A stretch of DNA of 64,000 nucleotides from an uncultured Candidatus Saccharibacteria bacterium (GTDB taxonomy: Bacteria; Patescibacteriota; Saccharimonadia; Saccharimonadales; JALRHH01). A program made the translations under genes and the position numbers. Numbering within the stretch: the stretch's first letter is position 1; every line of letters starts with the position of its first letter. The notes under the pieces are model-generated. The model had not been told where the DNA came from and did no database searches. It saw nothing but the letters and a program-made list of their open reading frames with translations. Location: positions 66,423-130,422 of the forward strand of contig CAZLJP010000002.1 in the NCBI GenBank assembly GCA_964559915.1, in the 5' to 3' direction. Of the stretch, positions 29,477 through 37,657 are shown piece by piece.

Positions 29477-29875
29477 CTAGACGTCAGCCCAGCCGCGATT
29501 TTCCTTATTGGACATGTCTTCGCGACCGGAGTTGTTGGCGGTAAAGCCAAGGTCGCCGGGGCGTTCCGTGAAATTCCGACCGAAGCCGAAGTTTTGGAAA
29601 GCCGGACGATCAGCACGAACACGGTTCATGTGACGACCTCCAGAGACAAACCTCCGAAATCGACTCCGAGCTGCCTCCGCGCCAATCTGATGGTTGATGC
29701 GCCGCAAACGGATCTTGATGAAGACCAGCTGCAGTACTGCAATCAGCGCGATGACGGTCCACAGGATCTGCGGGCCATCCATCTTGGCGAACGTGTTGAC
29801 GTAGAACTCCAGCCAGATCTGCCACAGGGTAGCAGCCAGCCAGCCAATCCAGTTGAGCGGGTTGAGCGGATTCAT
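29477..29875 (-). CDS. Orphan small membrane protein, G/C-ending codon usage (locus A)
   Basis: ATG preceded by CAGAGGAGAAAGA; 132 aa. Two hydrophobic helices (LNWIGWLAATLWQIWLEFYV and ILWTVIALIAVLQLVFIKI) precede a basic tail. By hand count, 54 of the first 65 codons end in G/C. Confidence 0.6.
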   Translation of the reverse strand: MNPLNPLNWIGWLAATLWQIWLEFYVNTFAKMDGPQILWTVIALIAVLQLVFIKIRLRRINHQIGAEAARSRFRRFVSGGRHMNRVRADRPAFQNFGFGRNFTERPGDLGFTANNSGREDMSNKENRGWADV

Positions 29876-30007
29876 TCTTTCTCCTCTGTTTTTTGTTGGG
29901 ATACAAATATCCATAGTAGGGTACTTATATCCCAGCAAAATCAGGAGACGTTCTAGCAATAGAGAGCTTAATGTACAGGGGAGATAGTATCTCAACCCCA
30001 TCCTTTC

Positions 30008-30036
30008 ATTATAGCATAAACACGTTATAATGTCAA
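30008..30036 (-). promoter_or_regulatory. Consensus sigma70-type promoter (TTGACA-17-TATAAT)
   Basis: On the minus strand, TTGACA is at 30036-30031 and TATAAT at 30013-30008 with an exact 17-nt spacer. It lies ~125 nt upstream of the locus A start codon. Confidence 0.7.
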
Positions 30037-30178
30037 TATGCTATACTGGGGTCAGCCATGTGGGTATGCGAGTCGCATCCACTCACAGACTTCTAAAACT
30101 ATTCATCGTTACCAAACGATTCTAGCCTCACATAAATCCTTGCAAACCCTTTATTTTGTACCGAAAGGATAGTTTTAG

Positions 30179-30523
30179 ATGTACCACGATAGTTTGCCCG
30201 AACGGGGTGTAGCGATTCACACGGGGTTCCCAAACCCCGCCATCGACGCTGCACTCAAAGACCTAGATCTCAACACCTTATTAATCAGCCACAGCGCAGC
30301 CACATACTTCATGGAAGTAGCAGGGAACGATTGGCGGGCCCTAGGCATTTTTGCAGGCGATATTGCCATTATCGACCGTGCCATTACTGCACATAAAAAC
30401 GATATTGTAGCCTGGTGGCAACACGACAGCTTTGTGCTGAGCCACCTGCATCAGGTGCCCAAAAACGCTCAAGTCTTTGGCACCATCACCTCCACCATCC
30501 ACCGCTTCAAGGAGGTCAACTAA
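30179..30523 (+). CDS. UmuD-like S24-fold protein lacking the Ser/Lys dyad
   Basis: 114 aa. It aligns by eye to E. coli UmuD from GFPSPAADY onward (GFPNPAIDA...LLISHSAATYFMEVAGNDW...GDIAIIDRAITAHKNDIV). AGNDW replaces SGDSM and FVLSHL replaces FTVKKL. Confidence 0.75.
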   Translation: MYHDSLPERGVAIHTGFPNPAIDAALKDLDLNTLLISHSAATYFMEVAGNDWRALGIFAGDIAIIDRAITAHKNDIVAWWQHDSFVLSHLHQVPKNAQVFGTITSTIHRFKEVN

Positions 30524-30807
30524 TGCGTAATAAAACGTTCGAGTGTGGCCCGTGCATCAGAAAAACAGATGAGTCCACTCGGCTCATTGCCGAATCAAGC
30601 AGCCAGCATGTCTCGGCTTTTCCTACTAAAAGCCAGCCGAGACCGCTTGCGTTCTGGCTGCACGGCAATGAGGTGGTCGTGGAGTCAACCCAGTTTTTCT
30701 GCGCACAAGTTTCTTTGCTTCGTTTCTTGGCGATCCAAGAAATGAAGGTGGTGAAGGCTTTAGCCTTCAATGCAACACAAAATAATGGATTAGGTTACGG
30801 CCCATGA
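30523..30807 (+). CDS. Hypothetical 94-aa protein inserted between the umuD-like gene and umuC
   Basis: The ATG overlaps the umuD-like stop (TAATG) and lies 7 nt after AAGGAGG. The stop overlaps the umuC start (ATGA). Product MRNKTFECGPCIRKTDESTRLIAESSSQHVSAFPTKSQPRPLAFWLHGNEVVVESTQFFCAQVSLLRFLAIQEMKVVKALAFNATQNNGLGYGP. Confidence 0.6.
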   Translation: MRNKTFECGPCIRKTDESTRLIAESSSQHVSAFPTKSQPRPLAFWLHGNEVVVESTQFFCAQVSLLRFLAIQEMKVVKALAFNATQNNGLGYGP

Positions 30808-32090
30808 AACGAGCACCTGTATTTGCACTGATTGATTGCAATAATTTCTTCGTCAGTTGTGAGCGGCTATTCCGCCCGGACTTAGAAGATAAGCCAGTCG
30901 TCGTGCTCAGCAGCAATGACGGCTGCGCCGTCTCACGCAGCGCCGAAGCCAAGCTGCTGGGCATCCCTATGGGCGCGCCAGCTTTTAAATACCGGCAAAT
31001 CTTTGAACGCCACCAGGTAGCCAAATTTAGCGCTAATTTTGAGCTATACGGCAACATCTCACGTCGTATCACGGCACTGCTCACATCAATTACACCCAAC
31101 ATTGAGATTTATTCGATTGATGAGTCATTTCTTGACCTCAGCAGTCTACCGATTACCGACTACGAAGCTTGGGGCAAGGCAATTCGTCAACACATTCTGG
31201 ACTGGGTTGGTATACCCGTATCGGTTGGCATTGCACCCACCAAAACTCTGGCCAAACTTGCTAATTTGCAAGCCAAAAAACGGCTTGAACTTGGCGGCGT
31301 CTTGGCTCTTGATAACAATAATATAGATTTCAATCTCAAAGCTACGGCTGTAAGCGATATCTGGGGGATTGGCTGGCGACTGACACCGCGGCTACGAGCC
31401 GAGGGCCTGAGCACTGCCCAGCACATCGCTGCGCTCACGCCCAAACGAGCAGGGCAGCTTATGGGCGTGCATGGCAGGCAGCTGGTAGCAGAACTCAACG
31501 GCACGAGCTGCCATGGCCTCGAGCTAGAAGGCAGGTTGCCGCAATCTATTGCTGCCACGCGAACCTTCGGCGAGGATACCAGCGATATATACGCAATCGA
31601 AGCAGCGCTGGCTACTTTTGTGGCTACGGCTAGCTACAAACTCCGCCGCAGTGGGCAACTGACACGCCAAATCAGCCTATTTGCCACCACCAATCGTCAC
31701 AAACCAGGCTATCGCTCATGGTACCGCCAGATTCAACTGCCACAACCCACAGCCGACCCCGGTGTACTACTACAAGCTATCCGTAGTAGTTTGGACGAGT
31801 TTTATAAGCCCCAGATAAGCTACCACCGCGCCGGCATTACACTGTATGACTTCGCACCAGATAGTCAGCTGCAGACCGATTTGCTTGGTGGCGTTGATGT
31901 GCAGCAGCATAGCAAATCCAAAGAACGGATGGCCGCATTTGATACCATCAATAATCGCTATGGCCGCCGCAGTATTCGCATGGCCGCCGAACTACTAGGC
32001 AACCAGTGGAAACCCAAATATCTATTGCGCAGCCCACGCTACGTTAGCCGCTGGGATGAGCTGCCGAGGCTAAAGGCTATGGGTGAATGA
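30804..32090 (+). CDS. umuC: Y-family DNA polymerase, UmuC-like
   Basis: 428 aa. FALIDCNNFFVSCERLFRPDL, PVVVLSSNDGCAVSRS and SIDESFLDL. Confidence 0.92.
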   Translation: MKRAPVFALIDCNNFFVSCERLFRPDLEDKPVVVLSSNDGCAVSRSAEAKLLGIPMGAPAFKYRQIFERHQVAKFSANFELYGNISRRITALLTSITPNIEIYSIDESFLDLSSLPITDYEAWGKAIRQHILDWVGIPVSVGIAPTKTLAKLANLQAKKRLELGGVLALDNNNIDFNLKATAVSDIWGIGWRLTPRLRAEGLSTAQHIAALTPKRAGQLMGVHGRQLVAELNGTSCHGLELEGRLPQSIAATRTFGEDTSDIYAIEAALATFVATASYKLRRSGQLTRQISLFATTNRHKPGYRSWYRQIQLPQPTADPGVLLQAIRSSLDEFYKPQISYHRAGITLYDFAPDSQLQTDLLGGVDVQQHSKSKERMAAFDTINNRYGRRSIRMAAELLGNQWKPKYLLRSPRYVSRWDELPRLKAMGE

Positions 32091-32559
32091 TGTGAAGAAC
32101 TAGTAATACACCTGCTAATAACGTACCAATTAAATAGGTAGTTACTTGTGCCCATAAAAATATGAGTGTTGAACCCTTTGGTTCTGATGAGGTTGTTTTC
32201 AGCAAGTATTCACGTATCCTATTCTCATCGGCCAATAATTCTGCATCCTGATATTTTCTTACTGACTCTTTTGTAGCATCTTTCCAAAAATAGAAATCAA
32301 CTACCATATGCGCTACTGAAAAGCATACAGAGGCAAACAACGTCACAACACTTGAGATAAGAGTCAATTTACCAATACTTGATAAATCACTAAGAAGAGA
32401 CGCCGAAGTGGCAAAGGTTCCTACAATAACTAGAGTAAACCCAGATAAAGTCATTATTTGCTTCATTAGCGTTTGCTCAGATTTATTTGCATGGCCTGTG
32501 TACTTGTTCGCTTGTTCAGCGAGAAGTTGTATTGTGTTTTTTATTTCAGCCATAATCAT
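32077..32559 (-). CDS. Hypothetical membrane protein (A/T-rich gene)
   Basis: 160 aa with about four hydrophobic segments. It is visibly A/T-richer than its neighbours. Convergent 14-nt overlap with umuC. Confidence 0.5.
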   Translation of the reverse strand: MIMAEIKNTIQLLAEQANKYTGHANKSEQTLMKQIMTLSGFTLVIVGTFATSASLLSDLSSIGKLTLISSVVTLFASVCFSVAHMVVDFYFWKDATKESVRKYQDAELLADENRIREYLLKTTSSEPKGSTLIFLWAQVTTYLIGTLLAGVLLVLHIIHP

Positions 32560-32629
32560 CCCTTCAAATTACCTATAAAAATTATATGAGGTATCTTTTT
32601 GTTAACCATGAGCTTTATGAAAGGATTGA

Positions 32630-32645
32630 GTGACCGCACGGGGAA
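32630..32645 (-). repeat. Direct repeat of the tRNA-Glu 3' end (16 nt)
   Basis: GTGACCGCACGGGGAA at 32630-32645 is identical to 32777-32792, which lies inside tRNA-Glu. Confidence 0.85.
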
Positions 32646-32740
32646 AGCGCACGACTACAGCCATGCTCGGAGTAAACTCCTGCGCGTGGCTTTGCCGACC
32701 GAACCCCTGCAGGCTTCGTGTTCACTATGCGAACTAACCA

Positions 32741-32769
32741 AAACAAAGACCCCAGACTAGCTGGGGCTC
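32741..32769 (-). terminator. Intrinsic terminator after tRNA-Glu
   Basis: The minus strand reads CCCCAG-CTAGT-CTGGGG followed by TCTTTGTTTT. Confidence 0.7.
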
Positions 32770-32774
32770 TTGTT

Positions 32775-32849
32775 TGGTGACCGCACGGGGAATCGAACCC
32801 CGATTACCAGGATGAGAACCTGGTGTCCTAACCGTTAGACGATGTGGCC
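32775..32849 (-). tRNA. tRNA-Glu (anticodon CTC), CCA encoded
   Basis: The reverse complement reads GGCCACA-TC-GTCTAACGGTTAGGAC-A-CCAGG-TTCTCAT-CCTGG-TAAT-CGGGG-TTCGATT-CCCCG-TGCGGTC-A-CCA. The acceptor stem has one A-C mismatch and one G-U pair. Confidence 0.85.
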
Positions 32850-32985
32850 GTCAAATTGCATCAAAAAGACCGTAAAATACTACCACAACAGAGAGAAAAC
32901 GTCTAGTTTTAGAGATACTAATGACGTATACTAAAGCATAAGTACATTTCTCCTACGGGTGGGAGCCGTACCCTAAAAGACTTAC

Positions 32986-34434
32986 ATGCAAACGCTCAAA
33001 AAAGATTGGTATTCAATAGTCAGGTGGATTATCGCGGTGGCGGCGATTCTTTGTTTGGTGGCTTTTGGTCTGCTGACCCTGTTGCCGCGCGTCGCGCCAG
33101 CGCTGACCATACCAGCTATTAAGCCTGTTAATTTTCTGGTCGCCGAGGCGGTACTGGTTATTCTTGCACTGACGCAGTTCGCTTGGCGTCGCATATATGT
33201 GACAAACAACAATGCTGCTGTGGCCGAATTATCAGGCGAGCTTAAAACTAAAGAGCGGCAATCCGAAATCCTAGTACAGTCGCTGTCTGACGGTGTTTTG
33301 CTAATAGATTCAAACAACACCGTGACATTATTGAACCCCGCCGCAGCCACCATGAGCGGCTGGACCGTAGAAGATGCAACAGGCAGCGATTGCAAACTCG
33401 TTCTGTCGCTCAAAAACGAAGATGGCACCGACCTAGAGACCCAAGATAACCCCTTGGAAACCCTGGCGACGAATGCCGCTGGCAGCACTAAAACCGTTCA
33501 GCTCGTCAGTCGCGGCGGCAAACAGCTCATCGTATCAGTTGCAACTTCTCCTGTGCTGGATACAAAAACCCAGCAGCACATTGGTGCAGTGATTGTGCTG
33601 CGGGACATCAGTGCTTCCTATCAATCCGAGAAACAGCGAGCAGAGTTTATCAGCACCGCCAGCCACGAGATGCGTACGCCAGTGGCAGCCATTGAAGGCT
33701 ACTTGCAATTGGCACTCAACGAAAAGGTATCCAAAATTGACCCCAAGGCCCGCGAATTCCTAACCAAAGCGCTTGATTCAACTCATCATCTGGGTAAACT
33801 ATTCCAAGATTTACTGATGAGCGCCAAGGCCGAAGACGGCCGTATTACGAGCCATCCCGTTGTCATTGAGCTTGGTAGTTATATCGAACAGCTGGCTGAA
33901 TCGTTCAAATTCTCGGCAGAGAAGAGGGGCCTACTGACCGATTTCATCCTGGGCCAAAGCCAGGGCGAGACAAGTGCCGGGCAGCACACGATACGACCAC
34001 TTTATTATGTACAGGCCGACCCAGACCGCCTGCGCGAGGTTATTACGAATCTATTCGATAATGCAGTTAAATACACGCCTTCGGGCAAGATATCAGTTGG
34101 GCTGACTGGCAATGCACAGGTGGTGCAACTATTTGTACGCGATACAGGGCCGGGCATCCCCGCAACGGACCTGCCACATCTCTTTCAAAAATTCTACCGC
34201 GTTGATAATTCCGCCACCCGTACAATTGGTGGTACTGGACTGGGGCTGTTCATCTGTAAACAGATTATTACGCTGTACCAGGGCCGTATTTGGGTAGAGA
34301 GCGAAGTTGGCAAGGGCAGCACCTTCTACATCAACCTACCGCGGCTTGATACGGCGCGTGCTGAACAGCTCAAAACTACCGAGAAACAGTCGGCTGGTCA
34401 AACACCCATTAATTCGCTTACCACCCCGTTATAG
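32986..34434 (+). CDS. PAS-domain sensor histidine kinase (WalK/PhoR-like)
   Basis: 482 aa. Two N-terminal TMs and a PAS-like segment. H-box FISTASHEMRTPVAAI. ATPase boxes DNAVKYTP, RDTGPGI and GTGLGLFICKQII. Confidence 0.9.
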   Translation: MQTLKKDWYSIVRWIIAVAAILCLVAFGLLTLLPRVAPALTIPAIKPVNFLVAEAVLVILALTQFAWRRIYVTNNNAAVAELSGELKTKERQSEILVQSLSDGVLLIDSNNTVTLLNPAAATMSGWTVEDATGSDCKLVLSLKNEDGTDLETQDNPLETLATNAAGSTKTVQLVSRGGKQLIVSVATSPVLDTKTQQHIGAVIVLRDISASYQSEKQRAEFISTASHEMRTPVAAIEGYLQLALNEKVSKIDPKAREFLTKALDSTHHLGKLFQDLLMSAKAEDGRITSHPVVIELGSYIEQLAESFKFSAEKRGLLTDFILGQSQGETSAGQHTIRPLYYVQADPDRLREVITNLFDNAVKYTPSGKISVGLTGNAQVVQLFVRDTGPGIPATDLPHLFQKFYRVDNSATRTIGGTGLGLFICKQIITLYQGRIWVESEVGKGSTFYINLPRLDTARAEQLKTTEKQSAGQTPINSLTTPL

Positions 34435-34508
34435 GCAATTTGATTTGATGGAGAACATGGTACAATGACAAGCATAAGAATAAATAAACCTAACAGAGGG
34501 CACACCAC

Positions 34509-35597
34509 ATGGCAAAAATAATGCTCGTCGAGGACGACAATAACCTACGCGAAATTTATGAAGCACGGCTGTTGGCCGAAGGCTACGAAATTGTGGCTGC
34601 CAAAGATGGTGAAGAAGCGCTCGCTCTGGCTGTCAAGGAACGTCCTGATTTAATTATTTCTGATGTTATGATGCCAAAAATCAGCGGCTTTGACATGCTC
34701 GACATTCTGCGAAGCACCCCAGAGACCAAAGACACCAAAGTTATTATGATGACTGCGCTCAGCCAGGCAGAAGACAAGACCCGTGCCGACAAGCTTGGTG
34801 CCGACCGCTACCTTGTAAAATCACAGGTCACACTTGAGGATGTTGCCAAAGTTGCACACGATGTACTCACTGGCGAGAACAGTGCTGCAACACCACCAAT
34901 GGATTTGACGCCAGCTGCAGAGCAGCCAACAGTGACTCCTGCTGATGTAGTCACAGAACCGGCCGCACCAACAGAGCCTATTGCTACTGAGCCTGCTGCA
35001 GCACCGATTACAGACACCCCAGCACAAGATACATCAACACCAGCTGAGCCCACACCCATTGCAGTGACCGTAGATGAGCCAACCACACCTGTTGTAGCTG
35101 CTATTAACGATAATTTGAGCCAACCGATTGCCTCCGAAGAGGCAGAGGTTGCGTCACAGATTAATGCCGCTCTCGCATCCGATGATACAGCTACCGCAGA
35201 TGTACCTACTGAGACGCCAGCCGTTACACCTACTCCAAATGAAACAGCCACAGAGACTGCAATACCCGTATCAGTCGAAACAGAAGCACCAGCTGCGTCC
35301 GCCGAAGAACCAGCAGTAGTAGAACCGAGCGCTACACCAGAACCAGAATCGGTAGCAACGCCAGCCGCTGAACCCGTACCAGCAGCCCCCCAGGGCGACA
35401 AAAGAGTTATCCAGCCTATTAACGACGTTAAGGGACCGGATATCAACGAGTTACTCAAGCAAGAAGAAGCCAAGGAAGCCGCACCAGCTGCAGCTCCTGG
35501 CCAGCCATTGGACCCAGCTAAAGCCCATCAAGAAGAGCCAGCAGCTCCACCTGCTGCCCCTGGCACCAACATATCTCCGAACGATATTTCTCTCTAG
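34509..35597 (+). CDS. Response regulator receiver fused to a ~240-aa Pro/Ala/Thr/Glu-rich low-complexity tail
   Basis: The receiver contains MAKIMLVEDDNN, DLIISDVMMP, IMMTALS and YLVKS. The remainder is repetitive (TEPAAP, PTEPIATEPAAAP, ...). No recognisable DNA-binding output. Confidence 0.85.
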   Translation: MAKIMLVEDDNNLREIYEARLLAEGYEIVAAKDGEEALALAVKERPDLIISDVMMPKISGFDMLDILRSTPETKDTKVIMMTALSQAEDKTRADKLGADRYLVKSQVTLEDVAKVAHDVLTGENSAATPPMDLTPAAEQPTVTPADVVTEPAAPTEPIATEPAAAPITDTPAQDTSTPAEPTPIAVTVDEPTTPVVAAINDNLSQPIASEEAEVASQINAALASDDTATADVPTETPAVTPTPNETATETAIPVSVETEAPAASAEEPAVVEPSATPEPESVATPAAEPVPAAPQGDKRVIQPINDVKGPDINELLKQEEAKEAAPAAAPGQPLDPAKAHQEEPAAPPAAPGTNISPNDISL

Positions 35598-35615
35598 CCG
35601 TTATACTAGTAGCCA

Positions 35616-36278
35616 GTGAGACTCAATAAATTCATCGCTTTATCTACTGGTCTAAGCCGTCGGGCAGCCGATACGGCTATTGCTGATGGCCGCGTGCTGG
35701 TAAATGGCACTATTCCGACTACTGGGCATGCCGTTAGAGAAAGTGACACAGTGACCCTTGACGGCAGCGCCATTACACCCGCCGTCAAGACAACCATTAT
35801 GTTCAACAAACCTGCTGGCTATATAGTCAGCCGCGACGGGCAAGGGAATAAGACGATTTACGACCTCCTACCAGAGCAATATCACCACCTCAAGCCCGTT
35901 GGCAGACTTGATAAGTATTCTTCTGGATTATTGCTACTTACCAACGATGGCACACTCGCCAATGACCTGACGCATCCCAGCAAGGGCAAGTTCAAGCTTT
36001 ACGAGGTCAGACTCAATCATAGTCTCCAGCCGCTGCATCGACAGATGATTAGTGACCATGGCGTGCAGTTGGAAGACGGCCCCAGTAAATTTGAGCTAGA
36101 ACGCCTCAAAGATGGCAACGATAGCGATTGGATGGTGCGCATGAGCGAAGGCCGCAACCGCCAAATCAGGCGCACCTTTGATTCTTTGGGCTACTCTGTA
36201 GTAAAGCTGCACCGCATACAATTTGGCAGCCATACCATCGGTCAGCTTGCACCCGGCAAATTCAAAATCATTCCTTAG
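35616..36278 (+). CDS. Pseudouridine synthase, RsuA/RluB family
   Basis: GTG start. S4-like N-terminus MRLNKFIALSTGLSRRAAD. Catalytic motif GRLDKYSSGLLLLTNDG. Confidence 0.88.
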   Translation: MRLNKFIALSTGLSRRAADTAIADGRVLVNGTIPTTGHAVRESDTVTLDGSAITPAVKTTIMFNKPAGYIVSRDGQGNKTIYDLLPEQYHHLKPVGRLDKYSSGLLLLTNDGTLANDLTHPSKGKFKLYEVRLNHSLQPLHRQMISDHGVQLEDGPSKFELERLKDGNDSDWMVRMSEGRNRQIRRTFDSLGYSVVKLHRIQFGSHTIGQLAPGKFKIIP

Positions 36279-36411
36279 CCAAAAAATTCAAAATCTTGAA
36301 TGCTTTGGGAAAGTACAGAGAGGTTTGGTGGAGTAGAGCGGGAGGCGTGAGGAGTAAAAAAGCGTGTAGCTTCACCAGACAATTGTCTGTCTCCTCACGG
36401 CCGCCCCGATC

Positions 36412-36645
36412 TCACACCGTGCTGTGCTGCGTGGCCAAGGCCAACTGAGCTTCGAACGAGCGCGCCTGAGCGTTGTGCAACTCGGTGTCGGCCTGGGTCT
36501 GCTCAATCTTGAGCTGCTTCATCTTGACGCGACGGTCATGGATGTCATCAGCAATGAGCCACATGTAGGCGAAGAAGGCGGTAACAGCGCCACCAAACAA
36601 GTAGCCGATGCTCTTCACGATTGTGTCAATCAATTCCAGATTCAT
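36412..36645 (-). CDS. Orphan small membrane protein, G/C-ending codon usage (locus B)
   Basis: 77 aa from ATG 36645. One TM (SIGYLFGGAVTAFFAYMWLIA) is followed by a coiled-coil-like tail. About 60/77 codons end in G/C by hand count. Confidence 0.55.
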   Translation of the reverse strand: MNLELIDTIVKSIGYLFGGAVTAFFAYMWLIADDIHDRRVKMKQLKIEQTQADTELHNAQARSFEAQLALATQHSTV

Positions 36646-36696
36646 CCCGAGAACCTCTCTGTAGAAGTGCGAAAATCCGATTGGAAATTCATGCAT

Positions 36697-36725
36697 ACTA
36701 TACAACTTTTAGATTATTATTTCAA
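36697..36725 (-). promoter_or_regulatory. sigma70-type promoter (TTGAAA-17-TATAGT) for locus B
   Basis: On the minus strand, the -35 box is at 36725-36720 and the -10 box at 36702-36697. Confidence 0.5.
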
Positions 36726-36877
36726 CAAACAAAAACTCCCACTGCTGGCGGGAGTTTACTTTCTGGATAAAAGAGAAAGAGTGGCGTGATGGTGGGTATG
36801 GGTGCGTAAAACGCGGGAGGGGTGGAACACTCAAGTGTTACTGTGTGCTCAACACCCCTCGTACCACCGCCAAGCAG

Positions 36878-37096
36878 TCATGTTTGATGCAAATCACGAA
36901 GCAAATCATGCCAGCCGCCGACCAGAGCGTCGATGATTACGTAGGCCCAGCCTAGCGGGAACAGAAACGTCATCACTCTGCGAGCCCTGTCGCTCAAAGC
37001 AACCTCCACGTTCCTCAGCATGAGCCAGGGACAAATGTAGGCAACCGAAAGTGCAACAGCACATTCGACGGGATACTGTGCAATGTATTCGAACAT
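36878..37096 (-). CDS. Orphan small membrane protein (locus C)
   Basis: 72 aa with two hydrophobic helices. Codon usage is ordinary (about 60% G/C-ending by hand count). The upstream AGAGTGAG resembles the sequence upstream of locus D. Confidence 0.5.
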   Translation of the reverse strand: MFEYIAQYPVECAVALSVAYICPWLMLRNVEVALSDRARRVMTFLFPLGWAYVIIDALVGGWHDLLRDLHQT

Positions 37097-37146
37097 CGCT
37101 CACTCTTTCTCTAGAGTTGAAATCGTACAGTACGAAATCAAGTATT

Positions 37147-37175
37147 GTTATACCAGATTTATATAACTTTAGCAA
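37147..37175 (-). promoter_or_regulatory. sigma70-type promoter (TTGCTA-17-TATAAC) for locus C
   Basis: On the minus strand, the -35 box is at 37175-37170 and the -10 box at 37152-37147. Confidence 0.4.
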
Positions 37176-37354
37176 TGTTGGGTTTAGAAACAAAAAAGAC
37201 TCCTGCAAAAGCACAGAAGCCCGGATACATACATGGATAATAACAGAGTGAGGGAAGTGTGGAGGAGAAAAGTAGAGGCAAGCCTCGATACGTTTCTGCC
37301 GCCAGGCAAGGGGTGCGAGCACACTGCGTAAGCTATGCTCACACCCCTTGGAGC

Positions 37355-37603
37355 CTACGCGCGGCGGTATGCAGCCAGGTAGTTCGGGTTGATAGCGCAG
37401 CGCGCAATCACCAAGAAACCAACCGGCCACAACAGTGCCTGAACCACGCGGCGATGCCATTTCATTGTGGGGAGTGTCATCTTCAGCAGAATCAGCATCA
37501 GGAGCGTCAACGACGTCCAGACGAAGTGGTCTACGACGAACTCGCCGACGTAGAGCAACGCATCAATGACATTCAGCAACATATGGATGGGGAAGGATTC
37601 CAT
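37355..37603 (-). CDS. Orphan small membrane protein, G/C-ending codon usage (locus D)
   Basis: 82 aa from ATG 37603 with two to three hydrophobic helices. About 63/82 codons end in G/C by hand count. It is followed by a 14/15-bp hairpin at 37307-37350. Confidence 0.55.
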   Translation of the reverse strand: MESFPIHMLLNVIDALLYVGEFVVDHFVWTSLTLLMLILLKMTLPTMKWHRRVVQALLWPVGFLVIARCAINPNYLAAYRRA

Positions 37604-37657
37604 GTCACTCACTCTCACTCTGTTAATAGAATCTCCAATCTGGAAACTCAGTATATT

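Noticed and set aside
29408-29956. 182-aa plus-strand ORF and 98-aa minus ORF (29610..29906) overlapping locus A.
   Set aside because: These are alternative frames of a G/C-rich segment. Only the 29875..29477 frame has an RBS, a promoter at a sensible distance, G/C-ending codons and TM-helix-like products.
30516-30770. 84-aa minus-strand ORF antisense to the umuD-umuC spacer ORF.
   Set aside because: It has no RBS or promoter. The sense frame is bracketed by precise start/stop overlaps with the flanking genes and a perfect AAGGAGG.
34808-35473. 221-aa antisense ORF (and smaller ones) within the regulator tail.
   Set aside because: It is a typical shadow ORF generated by the repetitive GC-rich Pro/Ala/Thr coding sequence on the opposite strand.
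36906-37460. 184-aa minus-strand ORF spanning loci C and D.
   Set aside because: It reads across a promoter, a terminator-like hairpin and two better-supported small genes in other frames.
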